A DNA stretch of 63,859 nucleotides from NCBI RefSeq assembly GCF_003704095.1, contig NW_020846747.1, forward strand, positions 62,142 through 126,000, given 5' to 3'. Each line of letters starts with the position of its first letter. The first letter of the stretch is position 1. Of this stretch, positions 25,751 through 37,285 are shown piece after piece. Source of the stretch: Pocillopora damicornis (lineage: Eukaryota). The notes beneath the pieces are model-generated. The model had not been told where the DNA came from. It did no database searches and saw only the letters and a program-made list of their open reading frames with translations. Both the position numbers and the translations under genes were made by a program.

Positions 25751-25988
25751 TGAACAGATTTACACCATTTGCGCAGTACAAAATGTCAGCAAATCTGGTC
25801 CAAAGCCGTCGCAAATGTGGTGCAAATGGGGTAAATGCTACATTTGCTTTAGATTTGCACCGGGGTTGCAAATCGTGGTGCAAATGTGGCATTTACCCCA
25901 TTTGCACCACATTTGCTACAGTTTTGGACCAGATTTGCTCACATTTTCACTGCGCAAATATGGTGTAAATCCGTTTTTTCGTTCAGTG
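25751..25988. mobile_element. Near-perfect palindromic (foldback) MITE
   Basis: ~100-bp arms, gatttacaccatttgcgcagt...ggtaaatg and catttacc...actgcgcaaatatggtgtaaatc. The right end is ...CAGTG. The element is absent from the paralogous introns at ~55035, ~59040 and ~60085. Confidence 0.85.
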
Positions 25989-26089
25989 AATTTAAAGTTT
26001 CACAAGATGAATGATTATTAAGCCTGCTAGCAAGAATAGGTTGCTCTTCTAGATACATAAACTATACTTTCTCTTTGCTTAATTTTTAG

Positions 26090-28256
26090 AACACCGTCGG
26101 AAAGTGGAGATGAACCCCGCAAAGCAGGACTTCATTCTCGAGAAACACGTTTTCAAAATGATGGAGATTGAGACAGCCAGCGCATGTGAAGTGAATTGCT
26201 TCATGGAAGCTGACTGTGTTTCCTACAATCTAAAACCACAACAGAATGGAAAACTTTTGTGCGAATTGAGTGATTCAGCTCACGCAAATAATCGACAGGA
26301 TCTAAGATACAAAGAAGGGACTGTTTACAAATCATTTAAGGTGAAATGACTTATTCTCATTAGTAATTCCGTTAAGTTTTCGTCGATGAAATTATCATGT
26401 ATCTTAAATGAACGAAAAGATAAAATCAAATCAAATCACAATAAGAGATATTTGAATTTTTTTGAACACCATACGTTCAAACTTTCTTTCCTGTAGAAGG
26501 AAAAGAGGATGCTTAGGATAGATGAATACATGAATGCATGCATGCATTCGTACATGTGTGAGTTGATAGATGTATGCGTGCATCTTGAAATTTATTAATG
26601 TAAAAAAGGGGTGAATCGGTATGGATGAATTAGCTGGACGAAGGTAAGAAGCTGGGTACTGGAGCAAAAGATTCTATAAATATTTTCATATCTTCGCAGA
26701 ACCGCTGTTCCAGTATGCTTTGTCCATCAACAAAGCGATGCCAAACTGGGTTCACCAGGAAGGGTTATCGTTGTGTTTGCGCAAATGGACTACTGGGAGA
26801 AAACTGCACCGAAGGTATGATTGATTTTAGATCACACATGTACTTACAGGTATCCGTGCCTGAAATAACATAATCAATTGAGCTTCTGGGGTGCATTGGC
26901 GTTATCATTGACAATAATCATGCACGTTTCTCTGAGAAGTCGTAAGTTTGGATGATCCTTGAATTTAAATAAATGAGAAATTTTTAAGATATAAGGTATA
27001 TTTTTAACGATTTTTAATGAAGTCTTAAATGGCTTTTGTGGTCTTAAATCGCTGGTATGGACATAAAATTCCTGTAGAAGACCTCTTATTTCCCCTTGCC
27101 TATAGTGATCGACTGGTCTAACGTAAAATGGAACTGACTGCATAAAATTCTTCGCCTTAGGACGACAGTTGCTATCAGATCTTGAATAAAATAGAGGATA
27201 GTCTTGATCGATACACTAATGAGACTATTTACGTTATTCCCATGGAATTCCAGTTAGGTCCAAAGTGGAGTTTTGCTCTGTCGTGTGGTCCCATAACAAG
27301 CAAAAAATATAATGAAGTTGGAACGAATACAGCGTTGAGCAGCTAAATTTATTCTGAAAACCACTGATGAATGCCAGCAAAGAGAAAAGCTCAACTTGCA
27401 ATCCTTAGAACAAAGGAGGTTTTTGCTTGATGTTTTATTCCTTTACAAAGCTTTAAATGGCCATATAAACATTAACTTATCCAGTTATGCCCAGTTTTTC
27501 ATAGAATCCGAATACATGCTACGAAGAAAAAGATGAGTGTATACTTAAGAAGAACTATAGAAGAACTAATACTTTTAAATATAGCTTCTTTAACAGGATT
27601 GTAGACATGTGGAATTCCCTGCAATACTAAGTTCGTCAGGCACCTTGTATTGATATTTCTTAAGAGGAGTGTCAGGGATATTCTGATCAGGCGCCAGTGA
27701 ATTTTGCCAAATATTATGTTTTATTGTAATCCTATATATTATCATAATTATATATTATCTATTTAATTATATTTGGACTGGTGTTTCTATCCTGGTGTAA
27801 TTATATACTTTCCATTGTAGTGTAATTATAGATATTAGAAGGGTGGTCTATCTTGTATGGGGTCTCTGACCCTTTTATAGACATTCCCTGGCACCATACT
27901 CATCGATAGTTTTCCTACATATTGTTATACTTTAAGTTTTCTCTGCCAAACTGCAATAAATGGCTTATTATCATTTTGGTGTTCTAGGACCGCATTTGGT
28001 GCAAGTTATTCCCGACATAACTGAAACTGTAGAGTTTAGGAACATTACTGCAATGTGTAAAGTGACAGGTAATCCTAAACCAGACAGGATAATATGGAAA
28101 AGGTCTGATGGAATTCTTTCAAGCGCAAGGACCATGGTTAGTAAAGGAAATCTCACCATACTAAATACCACTACACAAGGCAACGGCTTTTACGTTTGTA
28201 CCGCAGCAAACTCCTGGGGTACGAAATCATCGTCAGTTGTCCTTCATGTCTATTGA
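26090..28256 (+). pseudogene. PAN-EGF-Ig copy C1, truncated after Ig1 (exons 26090-26340, 26700-26814, 27988-28256)
   Basis: PAN/Apple motif CEVNCFMEADCVSYN...CELSDS, EGF motif NRCSSMLCP...YRCVC...NC, and an I-set Ig. TGA replaces the TCA of the paralogs, and the sequence then jumps to the family 3' UTR because Ig2 and the fibrinogen-like domain are deleted. Confidence 0.85.
27246..27959 (+). mobile_element. LINE (CR1/L2-group) 3' fragment inserted in the C1 intron
   Basis: Degenerate RT C-terminus: SVVWS..KLERIQR*AAKFIL..LQSLEQRRFLLDVLFLYKALNG..FKYSFFNRIVDMWNSL. It ends in aataa, is flanked by ATGG on both sides, and the paralogs show the empty site ttcccATGGcttaatatc. Confidence 0.85.
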
Positions 28257-29049
28257 AGTCTCAAATTTTTCAGTAAGAAAATATAGATGTATAATTCAAA
28301 ACTCGGAGCAGAGTCGTAACAAATCATATGTTAACCATAACCAATCACTTCGTCTTCTGATAATCGGTTTAGAACACAACAGGTAATCATCCTCTGCATA
28401 ACTTAAAAGTTGGAAAACCTAAAAATAGTCGCAATGAACTTTCTTCCCGAATGTTCTGTCGCTTGAAAAAGAATTATTGAAAAAAATTGTTCTCTGCATA
28501 CAAATAAGCTAAGTTTACATTGCATTTTCAAATACTACAGTGGATTTTAAACACTAAAAAGTACTAATGCAGTTAAGATGTAGTATTCCAACTATAATCG
28601 CATCGTATCAGGGCTGTAAAATTTCTTTCAATAGAACTTTCATAAACTTTTTAAATGTTCTTTTGGTGGCTGTAATCTTTTCTTTTCGAAAGATGCTCAA
28701 CCTCCAGGTAATTGTTTTGACCATTTTCAAGCCTTCTTGAGACGCGATCATGAAAAATTAGAATCAAAGAAACTGTATCCTCACTTAGAAAAACACTTTC
28801 AGATAAAGTGTTCTATTTTGTTTTTCCCTTCTTTCACTGGTTTTTCCCATTGATTTAATTGTCGTCAGTAGAATCACATAAAAATCAATACATCTTAGGG
28901 TCCAGTACCTAGACTTATTTCAGGAGGAATCACATGACTTTTAGGAGGAAAGAAGGGACGAGCTGTCGTTGACAATGGAGAATAAAGGGGGTACTATAGA
29001 ATTGACTGTCAAATCGACTGCCAATGAGGGGGATCATAAGAATGTTATT

Positions 29050-29230
29050 AGAATACAATGAAAAAGAAGGTGGTCGGACATTCTCTGTAAGAGCAGTCAA
29101 GAAATGGAACATGTTAGATGTGGACCTGAAACAGAGTAGAAGCGCAAAAACTTTTAAGCGTTCACTTTTTAAATCAATTCTAGACAATCAAATGCTTGAG
29201 AACTCTCTTAATGTAAATTACTTTGACATA
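29050..29230 (+). mobile_element. LINE RT C-terminal remnant, also present at ~43470-43630 (-) and ~50475-50600 (+)
   Basis: Encodes EGGRTFSVRAVKKWNMLDVDLKQSRSAKTFKRSL and is carried within the duplicated cassette. Confidence 0.7.
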
Positions 29231-29699
29231 GTTTTTAATAATTTTTAGTAATCAAAGTTTCACCTCTGAATATTGCATTTCTAGTGTTCTGATTGGTTCT
29301 CTATAAGCAGGTTATCAGGAAATGCATTCGCCAACTGTTGCAGAGCCGAAAAATGGCTGTAAGTATCCAAACATTAAGGACTTAATGAAATCTAATAAAA
29401 TAATTATTCATTCGAGATAGGTTATAGCCAACTCATATCCAACGCGCACTCGTGTTTTATGGTAAATATACGTATCATCAGTTTTATATTTTTCAAAATG
29501 CATAGCTTCATATTCTATTTCAATTTTATCATTCTTTCTATTACTAGTGCTATTTTATTTCGATGGCCATTTATTGTAGCGGCCACGAGTTTTTTTGTAC
29601 AATTGAAAGCTGGCTAATGTTACTCTCGTTATATACTTCTATTTGCTAACTTTATTACTGGTGAATTGCTCCCTGGGGTTCAAGTTTCCCATTCTTTCT

Positions 29700-31869
29700 T
29701 CATTTTTTCTGTGGTGCTTGTTTCCTAAGGATTTTGAAAAAATTGCTTTTGTACAACTCCAACGCCTTCCCAGTTGCAGCAAAGGACAGGAAGATAAAGA
29801 AACCTTGGAGAAAGGCAAATAATTTAACTGTTAAAAGTAGAATCTCTTGAAAAGACGTCATGTTTAGTAATTCATCCTCATAGAGTTCTGGTGCCAATCA
29901 AGTCATGTTAAATAACTTAACCAAGGAAAAGGCTATATCGTAATCATTCGATGGAAAACACTGCGAAATGCAAGGAAATCTGAATATATTGCATACTCTT
30001 ATCTAGGAGTAAGTAATAGCTTCGTTACATCAATCGAAACAGATTTTACTATAATTGCCATAGTAACTATTTATTATGATCAACCAACAATTATCACAAT
30101 GATCAGCTAACACATCTGAATACTTATTTCTGGTGATTCCAATCAAGAAAGCGTTCCATCCTTTCTCCGACCCAAACCAGCTTTGTTACCCTGAGGGGTA
30201 CTTACCTTGAAGGCTGTTTAGAACAACGTACGGGTACCAAAGGAATGAAAGAGCCTGTAGGTTCGCAGCAATCCCAAGGATCCATGTCACACCCATCACT
30301 GAGGCCATTTTAACACAGATCAAAGCCACGTTAGAGCTTTGTTGTTGCTTAGTCACTTGTCTGGCCCTCTAAAATGATCAAAATGTGAATAAACCTGCTT
30401 TTAAAGTTCAGATTTGTTTTCGGCGTTCTCTTGGTCATGCAAGCCGTTCGGAGCAATAGGTAACGAGGCAAAGCGCGGAGACAGACACTTCGACAGTGGA
30501 ATTTTGATGTCCTTAGTTTAAAAAAAGCATCGAGATATTGTACCCACCTTTCGAGTTCTGACGATATGAAAGCTTGTGTGTCCCAGAGCAAAGAGGTTGA
30601 AAATCAGAATCAGTCCAACAGGCAAAATGAATGAGAAGATCTTTGCTTTTTTTTCTGATATGAAACAGTTCTCTTTTCCAAGGCCTGTTTAGTCAGCAAC
30701 ATATGGAATTAGTTGAGGTATTTTGCCATATCAACATCGCTGAAAGTCAACTATGTTTTTCTCGTGGTTCAATGACAAGCACTTAACACACCGTTTTATG
30801 ATAGATACTAACCGTATCCTATCGCTCCTTCCTTAAGCTGGTCAACTGTAACACAGGAAAGGACTACAATAGCAGGGCCTTCCCAGGCGTACAGGGAATA
30901 ACACATCAAACGTATTTTGAGGTCCTCTCGTCGGTTTGCCGCCGGACCTAATTGGAATAATAATGAGTGACTAAAGTTTACAAAATCTTAAGTGATAGTT
31001 CTCTGAAGTATTTTTGTTGACATGGATTCTGTGCGAAGTGCCTCCACAAGTCCTTAAATCAGATAAACTGAATCATGAATAAAGCAGTATGCAGTCGAGA
31101 TTGTGATCAACACTAGAATTTACTAAATTGTGATACAAAAATTTACTCTTCATTACAAGTAGATTCACCACAATCAACAGTCGCTACCCTTTTCATGAAT
31201 CGTGTATATCAGAGATGCATTTCTGTAACGAAGAGATTTCTAAGATTTAGACAGAATATCTAAACAAAGTTCTAGATTGATAACGATCCTAAATCACTAA
31301 TTAAAAATGTCAACTTACCCGAGACTTCTGTGAAAGTGCGATGCACATCATATGCCATGACGTTCATCCACGTAAAGGAAGAGAGGGCGAAGAGGTGAAA
31401 AAGAACTGCGACTACAAGACAGACCAACTGATGGTCCTTTTTGCCAGCTGAGAGGAATACACTTTCATACAGCAACAGAGAGATCGTCAAATTTAACATA
31501 ATTTTCCCAGGTAAGTTACGGAGCTCAGCAAATAAGACGTAAGCCACTAACAGTAAAACCAGCGAAACGATGGACACCACTGACCCAATAAAGCTGAGAT
31601 GCTGAAGAAATTTATTTTTTCTTAAAATTTCTCTGGTTTTATTGAAATTTTTTGAAAAATTTCCACATGCTTCATCGTGAACATAGTTGGTGGGACGATC
31701 TTCTGATCTTTTCGGTTGGTCTACTACTTTGATAAATTTAAACTGAATCGTCAAGTCAGGGGGTTTTATTATTGAATCAGGCGGATCAAGGTTGTCATCT
31801 CGCACGGAAATTTCTAAATCCACGAGCTCAATCCCATAGCAAAAGGCACACTGAGGGTTACGAAACGTT
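29700..31869 (-). CDS. Family-B (adhesion/Methuselah-like) GPCR copy B, with the 5' part lost in a gap (exons <31869-31319, 30947-30813, 30684-30548, 30368-30206, 29803-29700)
   Basis: Phase-consistent GT-AG exons with no stops. Secretin-type 7TM motifs: LRNLPGK, LSSFTWMNVMAYDVHRTF, YSLYAW, CFI, MGVTWILG and LNSLQGFFIF. Confidence 0.85.
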
Positions 31870-32308
31870 NNNNNNNNNNNNNNNNNNNNNNNNNNNNNNN
31901 NNNNNNNNNNNNNNNNNNNNNNNNNNNNNNNNNNNNNNNNNNNNNNNNNNNNNNNNNNNNNNNNNNNNNGGTGCCAATCAAATGATATTAAATTGCGTAG
32001 CCAAGAAAAAAGGCTATATCACAATCATTCGATGGAAAACACTGCGAAATGCAAGAAAATCTGAATATGTTGCAGATTCTTATCTAGGAGTAAGTAATCG
32101 CTTCGTTACATCAATCGAGATAGATTTTACTCTCATTGCCATAGGAACTATTTAATATGATCAACCAACTATTATCACAATGAGACGGCTTTCTCTAATT
32201 TAAGGTCAGCTACCACAACGGAATAATTGTTTCTGGTGCTTCCAATCAAGAAAGTGTTCCATTCTTTCTCCGGCCCAAACCAGCTTTGTTAAGCTGAAGG
32301 ACATTTAC

Positions 32309-34641
32309 CTTGAAGACTGTTTAGAACAACATACGGGTACCACAGGAATGAAAGAGCCTTTACGTTCGCAGCAATCCCAAGAATCCATGTCACACCCATC
32401 ACTGAGGCCATTTTAACACAGATTAAAGCCACGTTAGAGCTTTGTTGTTGCTTAGTCACTTTTCTGGCCGTCTGAAACAATACAAATGTGAATAACCCTG
32501 GTTTTAAAATTCAGATTTCCTTGTGATGTTCTATTGGTCATGCAAGGCGTCGGACAAATGGTTAACGTGGCAAAGCACAGAAAGACAGACACTGCGACAG
32601 TGGAACTCTGATTTTCTTTGTTTAAAAACACGTAGAAATATTGTACCCACCTTTCTGGTTTTGAGGATACGAAAGCTAGTGTGTCCCAGAGCAAAGAGGT
32701 TGAAAATCAGAATCAGTCCAACAGGAAAAATGAATGAGAATATCTTTGCTCTATTCTCTGATATGAAACAGCCCTCTTTTCCAAGGCCTGTTTAGTCAGC
32801 AACACATGGTATTAGTTGAGGTATTTTGCAATATCAACATCACTTACCCGAAGTTAGAGTAATCTATGCTTTTCTCATGGTTCAATGACAAACACTGAAT
32901 ACACCTTTTTATGTTAGGCACTTACCATATCCAATCACTCCTTCCCTAAGCTGGTCAACTGTAACACAGGAAAGGACTACAATAGCAGGACCTCCCCAGG
33001 CGTACAGGGAGTAACACATCAAACGTTTATTGGAGTCCTCTTGTCGGTTTGCCGCCGGATCTAATTGGAATGATAATGAGCAACTCATACTTAATGATCG
33101 TCCTCTCAAGTACTTTTGTTAATATGGATTCTATGGGAACTGCCTCCTCAAGTCCTCAAATCAATTGAACTGAACCATGAATGAAGCAGTATGCAGTCGA
33201 GATTTTGATCAAAACTGGAAGTTACTAAATTGCGATACAGACGTTTATACTTCTTGACAAGTAGATTCACCATAATCAACAATATCTAATATGACTTACT
33301 GAAACAAAGAGATTTCTAAGATTTAAAGGAAATGACGTAAGTTCTAGATTGATAACGATCCTAAATCACTAAATTAACAATGTCAACTTACCCGGGACTT
33401 TTGCGAAAGCGCGATGCACATCATATGCCATAACGTTCATCCACGTGAAGGAAGAAAGGGCGAAGAGGTGAAAAAGAGCGGCGACCACAAGGCAGATCAA
33501 CTGATCGTCATTTTTGCCAGCTGAGAGGAATACACTTTCATACAGCAACAAAGAGATCACCAAGTTTAACATGATTTTCCCTGGTAAGTTACGGAGCTCA
33601 ACAAATAAGACGTAAGTCACTAACAATAAAACCAGAGAAACGATGGACACGACTGCCCCAATAAAGCTGAAAAGCTGAAGAAATTTGTAGTTTTCTTTGT
33701 GCTCAAATGAAATACTTCTAGTTCCGGGGGAAGTTTTTGAAAAATTAACGCACAGTAACAATTTTTCACCACAAATCTTATAAGAAACGTTACTGTAATA
33801 TTTCCCATGGGCCTTCAAAAATACGAGATCATTGGGAACGAGTTCATAATCCGTTTTGTTGTACGCTACAAAGGTGCAGTTAAGTTTACATGTTTTGATT
33901 TCCTTTCGATGTACAGAGTCATGCGCTTCATCGTGTAGACAGGTAGTAGGATGATCTTCTGATCTTTTGTGTTGGTCTGCTGTTTTGATACAAAACTTAG
34001 ATGTGGAGGTAAATTCAAACAGAATTGTTAGGGCAGGGGGTGTATTGAAGGAATGTGGCGGAGAAGAGTTGTCATCTTGCACCAAAAAAACTATATCACT
34101 GAGCTCAATTCCATTGCAAAAGGCACAGTGAGGGTTACGAAACAATTTCGATCTACTCCTGGAGACTACTAATAGAGCGTAACTCAGACATTCTGCTTTG
34201 CAAAGGGTATTACCCATCGTTGGATCGCTTTTGATCGGAAGCCGAAGCCATGGGATGCATCTTTTCAAGGAATCATCAACTGGCATTTTCTGAAGATAAC
34301 ACCGATCTCGCAAAAGTCTCAAGTCTTTGCTTAGACTAAGGTTGGAAACATCGAACCACTTAAAACACTGGAAACTGACTTTCCAGAATGCTGTGTGCAA
34401 TGCTCCATTGCACCTGGCGCAGTAAATATTTTTGTATGTCACGTTACTGTATTTGTCATACACTGGCACAGGGTTCAAACCAATCTCATCTTCATCGTTG
34501 CCTTGACATTTTTGCTTTGTATTCTCATCTGTAAAGTTCTTCGGGCATGAGCTCCAAACTGCGCGACCAATCAACCGATCCGGGACCCAATAGTTATATT
34601 CTCTGACACATGTTTCCATCGATACTTGAGGTACTATACAC
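32309..34641 (-). CDS. Family-B (adhesion/Methuselah-like) GPCR copy A with a Cys-rich ectodomain (exons 34641-33392, 33060-32926, 32787-32651, 32471-32309; the last exon presumably lies in the gap)
   Basis: Ectodomain motifs PVYDKYSNVTYKNIYCARCNG and FRNPHCAFCNG. The 7TM exons have the same lengths as copy B (135, 137 and 163 bp). The 5' exons are unclear. Confidence 0.88.
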
Positions 34642-35237
34642 CTGTTCAAAAACAACAAAGGAAAAAAAACGGGTCATCAATGTTCTTTGGTACATAGGCC
34701 CTTAAAAATGGTAAAACGGGCCAATGAGAGGTGGGAAAGGGTAAGAGCTGTTAGTTGAAACCAGGTTTCGTGTAAGGCGTTACGGTGAATCTAAACTGCA
34801 CTTTTAAATTATTATTTTCCCTTTATGTCCTTGACTGAACCAATTTTCATTCAATACTACAATTTTGGTACAGTTTGAGGAACGCCAACATCTGTTAATC
34901 ATAGAGTCCCCTTTCAAAAGAAAATCAGCGATATCTGGTGGACTCTTTTATAAGCTCGATGAGTAGGCCATGATTGGGTATGTGTGGTGACTGACCTCAG
35001 AAGATTAGGGACCTTCAATAAGAGCACTTACCGGAGCCCTTTTACGATGTTCTCGCAAACGAACCCAATGTACTTAATGTTTCAAATTAACTAGTCAAGC
35101 TTCGAAGGCGAGAGCCAAAACCAGAACTTTGGGAAAGTTCCAAGGTATGGTCATTAGACGACCCAAGCACGACCACTATAGTGGTAGTAATTACTTGAGG
35201 GCAGGAGATTATAAACAGTTTATAATTTCTTGCTTAA

Positions 35238-35950
35238 AGCCGGCGACACACCCGGCGATTTTATACGCCGATCGCGGCGAATTCGATCGCCGTCGAAAAT
35301 CGTTAGCCATTTTCGCCACAGATCGCTGGGACACACTTTGCAGACAATGTGGCATTCAGCCTTGATCCCAGGTTCCATCGGGTGACTTATAAAAGTTGTG
35401 CGAACCAATGTAAACAAAGGGAGTGACAACAGCGAAGCCGAAAAAATTGTTGGCTGCTGCCATAATTTTGCAACTAAAGCGCTCCAGGAAGCGTTCTGAA
35501 AAGTGGGATAATAGAAATATATGGTCGAAGACGTGGATTTATTGAAACGCAGAGTCTTTCTTGAGACGATTACTGTAGCCACTGGGCAGTACATCAAATA
35601 AGCATGGCTTTTCTGACCACAGTATGATCAAATTGATTTCTTTTTCTTCGGTTCAGAAACAATTGTCGATGCCTTCCGCCATTTTGAAAAGTCATTGTCA
35701 TAATACCGCCCAACTTGATTGGTTAATTTTACCGGCGACTCGCAGAAGAAAGGAGAGGAAATCGCGGGGACGGGCAGATTTGGCGAATGCCGGCGAATTT
35801 AATCGCCGATATCTGGTGGATCAGATATCGGCAATTTTAATCGCCAGTCGCGGCGATCGGCGAAAATCGCAATCGCCGTACTGGGCACACCTGGCGATTT
35901 TCGCCAATCGCCGCGATCGTCGTATAAAATCGCTAGGTGTGTCAACGGCT
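35238..35950. mobile_element. Non-autonomous DNA transposon (PIF/Harbinger-like MITE), 713 bp
   Basis: ~43-bp TIRs: agccggcgacacacccggcgattttatacgccgatcgcggcga at the left, and agccgttgacacacctagcgattttatacgacgatcgcggcga as the reverse complement of the right. Flanked by TAA and TTA. The termini are CpG-rich. Confidence 0.9.
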
Positions 35951-36265
35951 TTAGGATTAACCACAGGACCAACCACATGGGTCACAGGGACTATAAAAAG
36001 TGGAATGAATCGACTCGTAGAAGACACTGTCAGAATTGGGAACTCCGCGTCAAGGCAGAGCCTTGAACAACAGCAAATTAGGATCAAGCTGAAGTGATAT
36101 CACAGTGTCAAAAAGAAAAGTTAAAGATAGCTAGTGAGTCGTGAGAAAAGAAAGTCTTACTTAGATTTATCTTAAAGTGGTTAATATTTGAATATATTCG
36201 AAAAGATTAAAAACATCTGTATAAGATATATTTGATCTTGAACTGTGTGGGAAACAAATACTCAC

Positions 36266-36332
36266 AATTCATCGAAGTCAAAACAGCAATCACCAAAGCT
36301 TTTACAAAATCCATCACAAAAGCAACCCTCAT
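36266..36332 (-). CDS. Candidate signal-peptide exon of GPCR copy A (MRVAFVMDFVKALVIAVLTSMN)
   Basis: ATG, hydrophobic stretch and a phase-1 gtgagt donor. Confidence 0.45.
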
Positions 36333-37203
36333 TTGAATCATGACGCCTTCGTTTCCTTCCACACCGCCTTCTGCAACTTAATTTTTCCATTTGATTGGCC
36401 GTTAGGGGCTTCACTAGGGTCTCGATCTGCTCCTTCCACTGCGACTCTGAGGAATGAGAAAATATAGAGGTTAGATTCTATACAAAAATCCCCAAAGCTT
36501 AGGCTGAAATCGAAATCAAAGGAAGCAGCAACTGATATTTCCATTTGGAATTCCAGCTGTTAATATTGAAAGCTTCCTACTGCATTCTTTCTCTACAAGG
36601 TCCAACCTTTTTTTTCAGAAATACAATAACTACTCAGTAAATTTACACGTAAAAGCATGTATAACGTCACATTGTATGAAAATACTGTATCATTGAAAAA
36701 AAAAAAAAAAATTTTAATTTCACTTAATGTGCTACCTCTGCCAGGGACACTGCAGGGTTTTACAACTCTGCTCATTCTCGGATTTTACTTAAATTGCTAA
36801 TATGTATATCTCCTAGAAATGCAGGAGTAGATCTCTTAAACATACCATTGATGAACACAAGACGTGAGCCGAAGTCAGGTCTTAAAGTTCTCAAGAGGAA
36901 GGATTCCAAAGCCATTTTAGCACTCGTGCTTTTATCTGCATCTAAACGAAAAAAAGCTATGTGCTAGGACAGTTGAATTTTAAAATAAGAACCTTCAGTG
37001 ATAATGAAATCTGTCCACAGGACTTATTTTTCTCCTGAACGGCCTTTACATCATTTCCTTTATAAGGAATATATATATTCATAAAGGAATAAAGCATATT
37101 AAGTGATTTCTTTAGCGGATAGAACATCATGTGTCGCATTGAAGGGGCTGCATAGAACGAAGTTAAACTGGAAACAACAATCTAACGAAGGCATTAGACC
37201 TAC

Positions 37204-37285
37204 CTGTTATCTTTCCCGAGATAACCGTTAACGTATTGAATAAAAATACGATTTGTAGGCACCAGAAGACAAGCGATAAAAACAT
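37204..37285 (-). CDS. Signal-peptide-like exon (MFLSLVFWCLQIVFLFNTLTVISGKIT) upstream of GPCR copy A
   Basis: Paralog of 23546-23627 with a phase-1 donor. Confidence 0.6.

Noticed and set aside
35129-36097. ORFs 35129-35365, 35220-35597 and 35624-36097 as genes or a transposase
   Set aside because: They overlap the GC-rich MITE and show no transposase motifs.
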